From assembly GCA_951406725.2 (NCBI GenBank), contig OX597840.1, positions 34,844,001 to 34,908,000 of the forward strand: a stretch of DNA of 64,000 bases, in the 5' to 3' direction. This DNA is from Octopus vulgaris. Lineage: Eukaryota. The notes under the pieces are model-generated. The model was not told the DNA's origin, searched no databases, and saw only the letters and a list, made by a program, of their open reading frames with translations. The position numbers and the translations under genes are program-made. Shown in pieces: positions 13,101 through 34,656 of this stretch (the first letter of the stretch is position 1; each line of letters begins with the position of its first letter).

Positions 13101-14361
13101 TGAGGAGTACTCAGCCGCCTGGATGTTAATCTCACAAGCAGGCTGTTCCATTGATCGGATCAACCAGAACACTTATCATTGTAACCAACAAAGTCCTAGT
13201 TTTATGCGTGTGTCCATATCCCCCTTTAAATTGGGGTCTAATGAATTATTTTATTTGAACTGTTACTCTTTTACTTGTTTCAGTCATTTGACTGTGGCTA
13301 TGCTGGAGCACCGCCTTTAGTCGAGCAAATCGACCCCAGGACTTATTCTTTGTAAGCCCAGTACTTATTCTATTGGTCTCTTTTGCCAAACCGCTAAGTG
13401 ACGGGGGCGTAAACACACCAGCATCGGTGTTGGGGGGGACAAACACAACACACAAACATATATATATACATATATACGACAGGCTTCTTTCAGTTTCCAT
13501 CTACCAAATCCACTCATAAGGTTTTGTTTGGCCCGGGGCTATAGTAGAAGACACTTGGCCAAGGTGCCATGCTGTGGGACTGAACCTGGAACCATGTGGT
13601 TGGTAAGCTACTTACCACACATCCACTCCTACGCCTATGTTGCAACCATATATGATTATAATCTATGTGTATATCGCTGGACTATTGGATGTTGTTATAC
13701 ATCGCTGGTCACAATGCACTTCCTTGCATTGTTATAGCTTTCTGTTGGTGCCACCCTGCTGGCTAGGCATGCAGGCCAACAATCCCCCCGGGCAGAACCC
13801 CAGTCCATTGTAAAGCGACCCGTTTACAGCCGAGCGAACTGAAGCAACATAAAATGAAGTGTTTTACTCAAAAACAACAACACACTACTGACCTGGGAAT
13901 TGAAACCACAATCTTGCAATCATCAGTGAAACACCCTCACCTCTAGGCCATGTGCCTTGGAGTCACCAGACAAACCTGTCTCTCCTCCTCTTTTCTCCAT
14001 CCTTTTTCCTTTTATTTTACTCTTTTACTCGTTTCAGTCATTTGACTGCGGCCATGCTGGAGCACTGCCTTCTTGGTCGAGCAAATCGACCCCGGGACTT
14101 ATTCTTTGTAAGCCTAGTACTTATTCTATCGGTCTCTTTTGCCGAACCGCTAAGTGACGGGAACGTAAACACACCAGCATCGGTTGTCAAGCAATGCTAG
14201 GGGGACAAACACAAACACACACATACACATACACATATAAACCACAATCTTGCAATCATCAGTGAAACACCCTCACCTCTAGGCCATGTGACCCTTTCCC
14301 AAGTGCCACCAGACTGAACCCGGAACCTGTCTCTCCTCCTCTTTTCCACACATCCTTTTTC

Positions 14362-14395
<34 letters not shown>

Positions 14396-17300
14396 ATATA
14401 TATACGACGGGATTCTTTCACCGTTTCTTGGTCCGTGCAAATCGACTCACCGGGACTTATTCGGCCCTAGTACTTATTCTATCGGTCTCTTTTGCCGAAC
14501 CGCAAGATGACGCAGTGGGACGTAAACCCGGACACCATGTCGGTTGGTCAAGCAATGCTAGGGGGACAAACACACACACACATACACATATATATATACA
14601 TATATACGACGGGATTCTTTCAGTTTCCGTCTACCAAATCCACTCACAAGGCATTGGTCGGCCCGGGGCTATAGCAGAAGACACTTGCCCAAGATGCCAC
14701 GCAGTGGGACTCAACCCGGAACCATGTGGTTGGTTAACAAGCTACTTACCACACAGCCATTCCTGCGCCTGTAAATGAAAGGCAAAGTCTACCTCGGCGG
14801 AATTTGAACTCAGGATGTAAAGACAGACGAAATGTCGCTAAGCATTTTGCATGACACTCTAAACGATTCTGCCGGCTCGCTGCCTTCTTTTCTTGACATT
14901 TCTACCAAAATGTATTTTCGGAACATTTTCTTTCTTGTTGCTTACAGTTGCAGTGATGGTTTTCTCAACATCTGGAACCTTCTCACTCAGACTCTTCTGG
15001 AACACATCGAGGCTCACACCGAACATGCTTGGGCTATTGACGTCAGCAAAGACTCAAAGACTATCGTTTCAGGGGGATCTGATTCACTAATTAGATTTTG
15101 GCAGGTAACGAACCACATTTATTAATTAAATTTTTCTGCAAACTTTTTTTAGTTGATCTCACTTTAAAGGAACCGTAAACTAGATACCAGGGGGTGAGGC
15201 TGAAAAGTTCCTGGCTTTGGGTAAAAGAAAATACAGGAGGATCAGTTAATTATGATTTTATTCAACATTAGCACTATGACCCGGTGTTGCCGGGTCATAG
15301 TGCTAGTGCATGCTTATACAGCTGCGTGTGTGCGTACATACACTCGAGTACTGTCCAAATCTCCGACCAATCACATACATGTAGCTGGCATTCAATTGGC
15401 GTATCAAGTTTCGGGCATTTTGATTGGGTTTTGGATAGAAAATTCGCAAAAAAGTCACTTCTATTGATTTTTTTAAATGGCTTTGCGGGGTGACTGGGGA
15501 AATGTAAAGATGTGCACGACGACCCTTGGACGGTTTTGAATGACCATAGAAAGTGCGAGCCCTTGAAAAATTGTGGATTTGTATAAAGGACACACACATA
15601 GACATTTTGCCATTTATATATATAGAAAGATTCCCCTCTCAGATTCTCCCACTTATTGCAGCAGTCCTTCAGTTTTTCTAAGCCCTGTAAAAGAACTTGG
15701 AAGATTAGACCTCCAGCCTGGCTTTTTGTGATACCCTTAAAACCAGGAACTTATCAGTACCCCCTTGTATGTGTGTGTGATCATCATCATCATTTAACAT
15801 CCGTTGTCCATACTTGCATGCTGGAAGGCTGCACCAGACTCTAGTCTGATTTGGCATGGTTTTCTACGGCTGGATGCCCTTCCTAATGCCAACCACTCTG
15901 AGAATGTAACAGGTGTTTTTATCTACCACCAGCATGGGTGCCATTTGCATTAAAAAGCACCCACTACACTCTCGGAGTGGTTGGCGTTAGGAAGGGCATC
16001 CAGCTGTAGAAACACTGCTAAATCAGACTGGAGCTTTGTACAGCCTTCTGGCTTCCCAGACCCCGGTCGAACCGTCCAACCCATGCTAGCATGGAAAACG
16101 GACATTAAATGATGATGATGGGGTGCATTTACATGCCACTGGCATGGGTACCAATTTGTGTGACACCTGTATCTGCCACATCTGTAATTTTACTCAGCTT
16201 GATGGGTCTTCTCAAGCACGACATAATGCCAAAGGTCTTGCTCATTGCATCCATCTCGAGGATATATCGCATTCATGCAGATTATATTATGTTCTAACAT
16301 TCTGTCTCAGCGTTCCTCTGAACTGACATTGTATCACTGTTTCTTTGTAGGACATCTCAGAAGAAAAGAAGAAAGAAGAAGATTCTGAAAGGGATGAGCA
16401 ACTCTATAAGTGAGTTTTCTTTTTGGTTGTGTTCTGCTACAGTCGCTGAGTTTGTTTCTCTTTCCTCTGTTAACTGAATATATCTCTAGAATGTTGAATG
16501 AGTTTTTAGCAAAAGAGTTTAGCATGTAACATTCTGACAGTCAATATAAAAATGTAGACGGCACTTTGTACATAGAAGCAACGATAAGGATCAGAATGCG
16601 ATAAATGAAATAGGGATTTTCATAGAAAAATGGTTTTTGATGTAAATAAATAATATGGTCCGATTTGGATTTTATCTTCTACAACGCTGAACAAACGTAT
16701 CGGGTCATCCCATAAGTTTTGCCCGAATTTTGAATACAGAAAACAAGTGATCAAATGTTATATTTAATTGAAATTTAATCATCAATGTGCTTTTCCTGAT
16801 TATCTATGACTTCCTTCCATCTATTTACAAGCTTTTAAACCCCATCAATGTAAAACTCTTTTGGTTTCAAAGCAAAGAACTCTGACCTCCTCCTGGTTTG
16901 CGAAAGTTATGTCCCCCAAATGATTCTGTAAACTACGAAACAAATGGTAGTCTGAAGGAGCAAGGTCGGGAGAATAAGGTGGATGAGGAATTTTTCCCAA
17001 CCAAGCTCTTTGATCTTCTGTGATGTGATCTTTGCAGTGTGGGGTCGTGCATTGTCCTGATGAAACATTACTCCTTTTCGATTCACTAAAGCGGGTCTTT
17101 TTACTTCAAAGCTTGGTTCAAACGCTCTAATTGCTGACAGGAGACTTGAGCATCGATTGTTGCATTCGGTGGTAACAATTCAAAGTGAATTACTCCTTTG
17201 CAATCCCCCCAGATAGAGAGAAGAACCTTTTTCCCATGAAGTTCCCTTCTCGGTTGTGGTTGAGCTTTTTCCCTTTTACCAAGCCACTGTTTACAACATT

Positions 17301-18230
17301 TAATATTTCGATAGAAGATCCATTTTTTGTCACCAGTCACAAGTCTATCCAGAAAGGGTGAAATGAGTTTGTGTGTTTATCTGTCTATTTATCTCTATAT
17401 AGATCTCTCTTTCTCTATCTATTTATCTCTATAGAGTCTATCTCTCTCTATTTATCTCTATAGACTCTCTCCTCTCTCTATCTATATATAGTCTCTCCTC
17501 TCTATTTATCTCTATAGACTCTCTCTGTCTCCCTTTCTCCTATCTACTGATTTGACTCAAGTTATATCACATGATACATATATATTTTTTTTTTCTGTCC
17601 CTTCTTCCCCTTTTAGGGAGCAGTTGCTGTCCAATGAGTGCAAAGCTGGAAACAACCGGAGTGCTCTCAGAATTGCCCTGGACTTGGATAAACCTCACAC
17701 CGTCTTCAAGATACTGACAGGTATCCGTCTCAAATGCTTCGTCTCTTATATTTTCTCTGCATCCATCAGTTGTAGCTATAAATGATACGATAGATTCTCT
17801 CATCATCAATGACAAACAAAGGGTTCAGTAAAATAAAGCAGTGACCATGTTCTGTAAGGATGAACGGGTCTCTTTGTAGTTGAGGAGCAAGCTTCTTACT
17901 ACACTGCTACCAATTTGCCTATGTGTTTGTGTATGTATGTATATATATATGTATGTATATATATATGTATATTATATATATATATATGTATGTATATACA
18001 TGTTTGTATGTATAAATATGTATGTATATTATATATATATATATGTATGTATATACATGTTTGTATGTATAAATATGTATGTATATTATATATATATATA
18101 TGTATGTATATACATGTTTGTATGTATAAATATGTATGTATATATATTTATGTATGGATCAAAACAATTTGATTCAAATTCGTTGATACTCTCGAGTCCC
18201 CATAAATGTGTTAAGTGCCCTTCTTTCATT

Positions 18231-18267
<37 letters not shown>

Positions 18268-19170
18268 TCCTTCTCACCTATTGCACTATATTTCTCCACC
18301 TTTAGTTTTCTGCTAATTTCTTTCTTCCTCCTCCTCTTTCTCTTTCTATAAATTACCTTTGACATTTATATCTATTAACGGCTTTTTTTTTAAATAACTT
18401 ACCATCATTCCCTTCATCATAGATGCAGTAATCACATTCAATTAAAATGTCTTATTGATGTGTTTTGTTTCTCTCTTTTTTTCCCTGATGAGAAGATTGC
18501 ATTGTATTGGGTTGTCCGGAAAGTTCGTGCCGATTTGTAGTAGCTTACCTTTCGACTTACTTTAGAACATGGTTGAATCCATAAAATAGGATTTGACTAC
18601 ACCTCCATTTAGAGCACAGTTTAAGCTATCTTTTCATGGAAGAAGATTTATGTTCCTATAACATGTGCTAATTCTGTAACCCTTTAAAATGGAAGATAAG
18701 AAAGTTCATTTTCGGCACTTGATGCTTTGGGAACCAGGCAAAAATTGCTGCATCTCGGCTGGGATGTGTTACCCCACCCTCCATATTCACCAGTTATTGC
18801 TCCTTCGGATTTCCACTTATTCAGGTCTCTGCAGAATAGTCTTAATGGTAAAAATTTCAATTCCTTGGGTGACGTAAAAAGATACCTTGATGAATTCTTT
18901 GCCATGAAACCACCTCAGTTCTGGGAAGAGGCTATTTTCAAGTTAAAGGAAAGATGGAGACGCATTGTGCAACAAAATTGTTCATATTTGGTTAATTAAA
19001 AATGTAATGACAAGTATTTTTTTACCTTTTTCTTTCCTTTAAAAATCGGCAGGAACTTTCTGGACAACCCAATACATCATTTTATTCCTTCTAGAATAAT
19101 ACCTATGTTTTTTTCGAAACATATGTTGGAAGTATAAAGATTTGAATATAAACCTGCATTTAACTCCATT

Positions 19171-19203
<33 letters not shown>

Positions 19204-21302
19204 GTATATATAATGTTTGTTTTTTATGTCCAGTTATAATAAAAGCAATTTTACGTTAATCTGATGGGTTAGTCTATACTTTGATAAAGGACAAATTTAT
19301 TATTCTTATGCATGAATGTTGATAGGGACTTCGAAGTTTCAAATTGCTAAGCTATTGCATATGTAATGTATAAATTTGATATCTTTACAGAAATTTATGA
19401 AATGGGAAAAAGTTCAAAGATAGTGGACATCCTTGCGGAATTATCCGACAATCAGAAAAGTAAGTCTTATATTAAAGAAATTTGTACTTGAAATCTGCTT
19501 TCCATGACACGGTTCTTGATACAGCAGATATTGGTGAGGGTGTTGTGAATGGCTCTCTGTTGGCGTCGGGGATCTGACATCTTTTATCTTTTGCTGGTTT
19601 CGGTCATTGAACTATGGCCATGCTGGAGCACCACGCTGAAGGGCTTAGTCGAACAAATTGATCCCATTTTTGTAAATCTGGTATTTATTTTATCGGCCTC
19701 TTTTTGCTGAACCACTAAGTTAACAAACTAATACCAGTTGTCAAGTGGTGGAAGAGGACAAACGGAAACACAGACACACACTCACACATATGAATATATG
19801 TATATGTATGTGTGTAAATAAGTATATATATAGGCGTAGGAGTGGCTGTGTGGTAAGTAGCTTGCTTACGAACCACATGGTTCCGGGTTCAGTCCCACTG
19901 CGTGGCACCTTGGGCAAGTGTTTTCTACTATAGCATTGGGCCAACCGGATTTGGTAGACGGAAACTGACATAAGCCCGTCGTATATATGTATATGTATTA
20001 TGCATGTGTGTATATGGTTGTGTGTCTGTGTTTGTCCCCTCAACATCGCTTGACAACCGATGCTGGTGTGTTTACGTCCCCGTAACTTAGTGGTTCAGCA
20101 AAAGAGACCGATAGAATAAGTTCTGGGGGTCGATTTTCTCGACTAAAGGCAGTGCTCCAGCATGGCCTCAGTCAAATGACTGAACCAAGTAAAAGAGTAT
20201 AAGGTAGTGGTGAGCCTAAGGCTTTGGTAGAAAGACACTGGCCCCTAGTGCTATGCTGCAGGAACAAACCTCAGACCCAAGTTGTGAAGGAAACATCTTA
20301 ACCAGAGGCCCACATCAGATGTCTGCTTTCCATGCTGGCATGGGTTGGACGGTTTTCCACAGCTGGCGAGCCAAAGGATTGGGCTAAGCTCCACTGTCCA
20401 CTTTGGCGTGATTGTCATGGCTGGATATCCTTTCTAATGACAAATAACAATTAAAAACAGTTATTAACCTTAAAATCTTAGTTTCCTCAATAATTCATGT
20501 AAATCCTTTGACCCTTTTTTTTTTTCCTCTAATCTAACAGGAACTTTGATCAACTATATGATAAAATGGAACACACACTCCATCTACAGTGAGTTGGGTC
20601 AGATCCTTCTCCAGAAAATCCTTGACAACTGCCTTCCCACTGACTATTTGATGAACCAACAGCAATACAGAGATCTGCAAGCTTACACAGGTGTGTATTA
20701 CTATTATTATTATTATTATGTCTCAGGTTTACTCTGTCAAATGTAATCCTTATTTATTCACGTTGTTTTGAATTAATCCTGTATTATCTCATAGCTTTGA
20801 GATTTCAATGATGAGATTGTGTATTTTTAGGATGACATTGTAGGATAGGTGTGAGAGACTGGGTCTGGCCAGTTTGAACATACATAACCATCACTTTGGT
20901 TGTGTATATATATATATACATATACATAAACATATATACACACACATATGTATATGTATAAAAATAAACATGTACATATATATATGTATATATGTGTGTG
21001 TATATGTATGTATGTATATGTGTGTGTATGTGTGTGTTTATGTATGTGTATGACATACATACAGTATGTGTGTGTGTATGTATCATACACATACATGCAC
21101 ACACACACACAGTATGTATGTGTTTGTACGTATGTGTGTGTGTATATGTATGCATGTGTGTGTGTATGTGTACGTATGTATATGTGTGTGTATGTATGAC
21201 ACATACAGTATGTGTATATGTGTGTGTATGTATATGTCATACATACATACATACAGTATGTGTGTATGTATATATATGTATGTATGCATGTGTGTACGTA
21301 TC

Positions 21303-21334
<32 letters not shown>

Positions 21335-22811
21335 CGTACGTATATATATATACGTACGTATATATATATACGTACATATATATATATATGTATGTACGTA
21401 TATATATATATATGTACGTACGTATATATATATATATGTACGTACGTATATATATATATATATACGTACATATATATATACGTACGTATATATATACGTA
21501 CGTATATATATATATACGTACGTACATATATATATATACGTACGTACATATATATATATACGTACATACATATATATATATGTACGTACATATATATACG
21601 TACGTACGTATGTATACGTACGTACGTATGTATACGTACGTATGTATATATACGTACGTATGTATATATACGTACGTATGTATATATACGTACGTATGTA
21701 TATATACGTACGTATGTATATATACGTACGTATGTATATATATACGTACGTATATATATATACGTACGTATATATATATATATACGTATATATATATATA
21801 CGTATGTGTATATATATACGTATGTATATATATATACGTATGTATATATATATACGTATGTATATATATATGTACGTATGTATATATATATACGTACGTA
21901 TGTATATATATATGTACGTATGTATATATATATACGTACGTATGTATATATATACGTACGTATATATATATATACGTATGTATATATATATACGTACGTA
22001 TGTATGTATGTGCATATATAAATAACTATATATGTATGTGTATATATGTATAAAGAAATAAGATCAACTTAGCTTTTCATATTCTTTTGGGGGGTTAATG
22101 TAGTCAACTTCCCCCTCTCCTCAAAAAATTCTGACCGTGTCAAAATTTAAAACCATTATTGTAATAAACAAGGCAACAATACTGGCAGAATGGTTAACAT
22201 GCTGGCCAAAATCCTTGGCAGCATTTTGTCTATCTTCTGAGTTCAATTTCTGCCAAGATTGTCCTTCATGCTTTTGAGGGCCAATAAGTACCAGTTAAAC
22301 ACTGGGGTTGATGTAACAGACTCCCTCCCCCACCTGAAATTACTGGCCTTGTGTCAAAATTTAAACCCATTATTATTATAAATTCTTCTACCTAAGGCGC
22401 AGCTAAAACCCCTTTTTATCCCAAACTATCCAAATGGTTACCTTGGTTTCTTTAGTTCTGGCCCCTGTGCCAGTGGCACGTTAAAAACACCCACTACACT
22501 CTCAGAGTGGTTGGCGTTAGGAAGGGCATCCAGCTGTAGAAACACTGCCAGATCAGACTAGAGCCTGGTGCAGCCTCCTGGCTTCCCAGACCCCGGTCGA
22601 ACCGTCCAACCCATGGAAAACAGACGTTAAACGATGATGATGGTGATCAGTCTAAGATTTCTTCAATTTTTCTTTCTAAATTCTATTTTCAGAACGCCAC
22701 TACAAACGGAGGAAGTGTCTGAAGGAGAAATCCCAGTTTATTCCATATTTACTAAAACAGATGATACCATCCAACCAAGATGGAGCAGAGACTGACATGG
22801 CAACAAATTGA
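1..22811 (+). CDS. TBL3: Transducin beta-like protein 3 / U3 snoRNP-associated Utp13 (WD40 repeats + C-terminal Utp13 domain); 5'-partial, spliced
   Basis: Phase-consistent GT-AG exons: <1-32 ([11 protein letters not shown]), 1028-1198, 3293-3368 ([18 protein letters not shown]), 4423-4501, 5069-5307, 5477-5680 ([19 protein letters not shown]), 7721-7824 (DKTIRLW), 8495-8696 ([20 protein letters not shown]), 9436-9525, 10520-10588, 12320-12387, 14948-15104 ([12 protein letters not shown]), 16351-16409, 17617-17720 ([20 protein letters not shown]), 19391-19459, 20541-20690 (KWNTHS..AYT), 22693-22811 (ERHYKR..stop). The motifs match TBL3/Utp13 as I recall it. Confidence 0.92.
3929..4330 (-). 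mobile_element. Representative copy of the second abundant SINE-like family with a (GAT)n tail (many copies window-wide)
   Basis: Conserved GGCGTTAGGAAGGGCATCCAGCTGTAGAAAC..AACCCATGC(T/C)AGCATGGAAA.CGGACGTTAAACGATGATG. Also at about 390-890, 3600-3830, 12560-13050, 15780-16120, 22460-22650, 27950-28620, 40650-43890 and 62210-62860. Confidence 0.8.
4658..5046 (-). mobile_element. Non-autonomous Helitron-like element
   Basis: On the minus strand: 5'-TCTATATATATAAAG start, subterminal CCCGAGCAACGCCAGG hairpin-like motif and CTAG-3' end, inserted between A and T. Confidence 0.7.
6856..6928 (+). tRNA. tRNA-Arg (anticodon CCT), intronic in TBL3
   Basis: 73-nt cloverleaf: acceptor stem GCCTCCG/CGGAGGT, D arm TGGCCCAATGGATAAGGCA, anticodon stem CCGGC-CTCCTAA-GCCGG, T arm GCGGG-TTCGAGT-CCCGT. 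T4 runs just downstream could terminate Pol III. Confidence 0.95.
9758..10021. repeat. Inverted repeat with about 110-bp arms and a 40-nt spacer in a TBL3 intron
   Basis: CCGCTAAGGGTGGGTGTTACTGTAGC..GGTCATCCCT is mirrored by AGGGATGGCC..GCTACAGTAACACCCACCCTTAGTGG. Confidence 0.9.
10665..12230 (+). mobile_element. 5'-truncated CR1-group LINE with an uninterrupted reverse transcriptase ORF
   Basis: Frame open from about 10665 ([16 protein letters not shown]) to 12143. RT motifs [36 protein letters not shown] and LFADD. CR1-like C-terminus ([18 protein letters not shown]), short 3'UTR and (CTAA)n tail. Confidence 0.92.
15186..15769. mobile_element. Mariner-type MITE interrupted by a Helitron-like insert (15268-15630)
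   Basis: Imperfect TIRs (..CTGAAAAGTTCCTGGCTTT / AAACCAGGAACTTATCAG..CCCCTTGTA). The insert has a TC(TT)TCTATATATAT 5' end and a long terminal hairpin TAGCACTATGACCCGG..CCGGGTCATAGTGCTA, and sits between A and T. Confidence 0.6.
16700..17365 (-). mobile_element. Degenerate mariner transposase remnant
   Basis: Fragments [32 protein letters not shown] and [16 protein letters not shown], with a TIR-like end at about 16700. Confidence 0.85.
18507..19072 (+). mobile_element. Internally deleted mariner element
   Basis: TIRs TTGGGTTGTCCGGAAAGTTCGTGCCGATTT / AAATCGGCAGGAACTTTCTGGACAACCCAA flanked by TA. Encodes [28 protein letters not shown]. Confidence 0.9.
20900..22050. repeat. About 1.1-kb compound microsatellite (TA/TG/TACG)
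   Basis: Alternating purine-pyrimidine repeats with recurring TATATACGTACGTA. Confidence 0.95.
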
Positions 22812-22815
22812 GGAG

Positions 22816-22821
22816 AATAAA
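22816..22821 (+). promoter_or_regulatory. Candidate polyadenylation signal of TBL3
   Basis: AATAAA 4 nt after the TGA stop, followed by T/GT-rich sequence. Confidence 0.5.
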
Positions 22822-23846
22822 ATCTATATTATTTTGTAATAAGAATGTAATTTTTATCTTTTACTTGTCATTGGAATGTGACCATGCTGGGGCACTGCTA
22901 TGAATGGCTTTAGTCAAAGAAACCAACCCCTATACTTATTAAGTTTGGTACCTATTCCATCAGTCTCTTTTGCCAAACTACTAAGTTATGGGGGACAAAA
23001 ACAAACCAACATATTGTCAATCAGTCATGGGGACAAACAAGAACACATACTATAGGCTTCCACACAGTTTCCATCTATCAAATTTACTTTGAAGGCATTG
23101 GTTGGGCAATGTAACTTGGGTAACCCTTTTGTTACCAGATTTCTGTTGAAATTCTTTACCTTTCTTTAAATTAATTTTGAATTGTCATTTAACGTCCGTT
23201 GTCCAGAGCATAATTTAACATGAAACTTTTATGAAAGGTTTTTTAGATCACTTTAAAACGGTTAAGTTTGTGTCATAAAACCAGGAGTCTGGGGTGGGTT
23301 GATACTGAAAAGGTTAAGCTAATGTTTGGGACGGAAAGTTTCCATGGAAGATTTGGATTTAGAAGACTTTAAAACAGGAAATTCTTAGCACAAAATCAGA
23401 AATCGTCTCAGGCAGATTTGTATCAGAAGGGTTAAACTTGATGTGAAATGTGCCGATAATTCTTAATTGGCTCCCCCAATGTGCCACGATGTCCAACAAG
23501 GTTGAAACAGAAGGAAGAAACCCTTTTTTACCATCTGATGTTGCAGTTTCAAATCTGAAAGTAAGTGAAAGGTAAATGGTACCCCGGCCGGCCACCTTAG
23601 AGGTTTCCTCTTTCATGATGGCTCAACCAGAAATAACACAAATCAGAGATAATAAAAAAAAAACATGTAACTTCTCTTTTTTATTAGCTATATATGATGA
23701 GGATCATCATCATAATCATTTGTGTGTGTTTGATGGAAGTCTATGTACACATATGCATGGGAGGAGGAAAGGAGAGAGAGAGAGAAAGAATAGTTTGATT
23801 AAATTACAAGAGAGTTGGAGATGCATTGTTGTTGTTGTTGTTGTTA

Positions 23847-32629
<8,783 letters not shown>

Positions 32630-32714
32630 GTTGCCGCGTGTCTAACGACCGACAATTCTCCGCAGTGAATATTTGAAATCTTGTTACACAACCGGGCCGA
32701 TTATCCGGCAAGCT

Positions 32715-32728
32715 CAAAACCGGAAGTG
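32715..32728. promoter_or_regulatory. ETS/GABP-like CCGGAAGTG element in the LSM2 promoter
   Basis: CAAAACCGGAAGTG about 90 bp upstream of the LSM2 ATG, in a local CpG-containing patch with further CCGG motifs. Confidence 0.55.
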
Positions 32729-32857
32729 TACCGGATTTATGGATTTTCCGGTTTTCTGAAGACAACTTAAATATATATATATATATATTAAGGTATGTAG
32801 AAAAATACAACATGGACAAGAACGTATAACTCTTAGAAGACGATAATATATATATAA

Positions 32858-33242
32858 CTAGCAGTATCGCCCGGCGTTGCTCGGATTTGTAAGGGAAATA
32901 ACTATATAAGCATTTTTAGAGAGTTATAGCCAAAAAATAGCAAAAAATGCACTAAAAAGTGGAAAAAAAATTATGGTAATTTTTTTTTTAAATGTTGACT
33001 CATCGTAGACATTTTTAGAGAGTTACTTCCCTTATATAATAACGAAAAAATGCATTAAAATGAAAAAAATTATGATAAATCTTTTTTAAGATCGTAGACG
33101 CGCGCTAATACCCAGAAGGGCTCGATATGAATCACGACTATAAGATACCCGGTTTTGGTTAAACTGCACCGCAAAATGTGGGAGTAGTTAGGAATCTAAA
33201 TCGAAGGGGACAGACACACAACTTCACTTTTATATATAAAGA
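32858..33242 (-). mobile_element. Non-autonomous Helitron-like element (copy 2)
   Basis: Reverse complement of 29998-30362 with the same TC and CTAG termini. Confidence 0.8.
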
Positions 33243-33338
33243 TAACAAAGGGTAAAATTAATTAATTAAGAAGTAATCAATAATTTCACCAAGTAGAATT
33301 CGGTATGAAAAAGGACCATTTCACGGTAAACTTAAGTA

Positions 33339-33570
33339 ATACTTAATAAAAAGGGTTCAGCAAAGATTTGATTTACCACATACCGAAGTTTAGAAATAGC
33401 AGCTAAAAAATCTTAGCTATTTCTTCTACTTTAAAAAGGGACTCCTAGAGAAACCAAAATACTAGGAGTCCCTTTTTAAAGTAGAAGAAATAGCTAAGAT
33501 TTTTGGCTGCTATTTCTAAACTTCGGTATGTGGTAAATCAAATCTTTGCTGAACCCTATTTATTAAGTAT
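33339..33570. repeat. Near-perfect palindrome, about 110-bp arms, 13-nt loop
   Basis: Arms 33339-33448 and 33462-33570 are reverse complements. Shares the TAGAAATAGCAGC motif with the 30977-31894 complex. Confidence 0.9.
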
Positions 33571-33725
33571 ATATATATATATTTAAAGAGAGAGAAATGA
33601 GATAAATTGAATATTAATTTAATTAATATCAATTTAAAACCAGTAGCCTAGCATATAAAAATCAGACAATATATATATTTAGAATATAAAATATATGCCT
33701 AAATAGATACTTAAATTATAAAATA

Positions 33726-34656
33726 AACTCCCACATTTTGCGGTGCAGTGTAACCAAAACCGGGTGTAAGAATTAGCACTTCCTTCTCAAAGCTTGGATT
33801 CGAAATCAGACCCAAGAATCATTGGTCGTAAAATACCAATGCACAAAAAGGCGCGAAATCAGAATCTCTTTGTTCTGACAAAAAATGATGGATCGTCTCC
33901 CTTCGACCTCTGACCCGAGCAGGTCAGGCGAAGTTTAACAGGACGACCAGCGACCTACTTTAATGATAACTCTCTTGCGGTATATCTATTTTTCTGGCTA
34001 TTTGAGATGTTATAAATAGAACGGAGAAATAGGTATCTAGAGAGAACCCGAATCAACGTTTAAGAGAACGTCACGCATTTATGAGAACGACGAAAGAATA
34101 TTCAGAAAGGTGACTCTGTCATGCATGATTTACACACACGCACACACACACACCATCAAACATATTCTGCTTTAATGTGTATCCTGTATTATGCATTCCT
34201 TTAATATGTATTATTTGCAACCACTATTTAATATGCATTTTGTACAAGCGATGTGTAACATTGCTTACAAATTGATGTAGTGATAATAAATCTTTAATTT
34301 ATTACAAAGCACTTATGTATTTATTAATACATCCACGCATCCACTACACGGGTATCTTATAGTCGTGATTCATATCGAGCCCTTCTGGGTATTAGCGCGC
34401 GTCTACGATGAGTCTACGATTTAAAAAATAATTTACCATCATTTTTTCCATTTTAATGCATTTTTTCGCTATTATATAAGGGAAGTAACTCTCTAAAAAT
34501 GTCTACCGATGAGTCAACGATTTAAAAAAAAATTTACCATCATATTTTTTCCATTTTTAATGCATTTTTTTGGCTACTTTTTGGCTATAACTCTCTAAAA
34601 ATGCTTATATAGTTATTTCCCTTACAAATCCGAGCAACGCCGGGCGATACTGCTAG
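33726..34656 (+). mobile_element. Helitron-like copy 3 (5'-truncated), split by a solo LTR
   Basis: 33726-33764 and 34349-34656 are contiguous in the intact copies (AACCAAAACCGGGTATCTTATAG). Confidence 0.75.
33765..34348 (+). mobile_element. Solo LTR (584 bp), probably Gypsy-type
   Basis: TGTA...TACA termini and a 4-bp TSD CGGG (33761-33764 / 34349-34352). Internal TATAAATA at about 34011 and AATAAA at about 34285. Confidence 0.75.

Noticed and set aside
20805-22053. Long ORFs of 237-353 aa rich in Y/I/V/C/T
   Set aside because: Translations of TA/TG/TACG microsatellite that are open in many frames because the repeat lacks stop codons.
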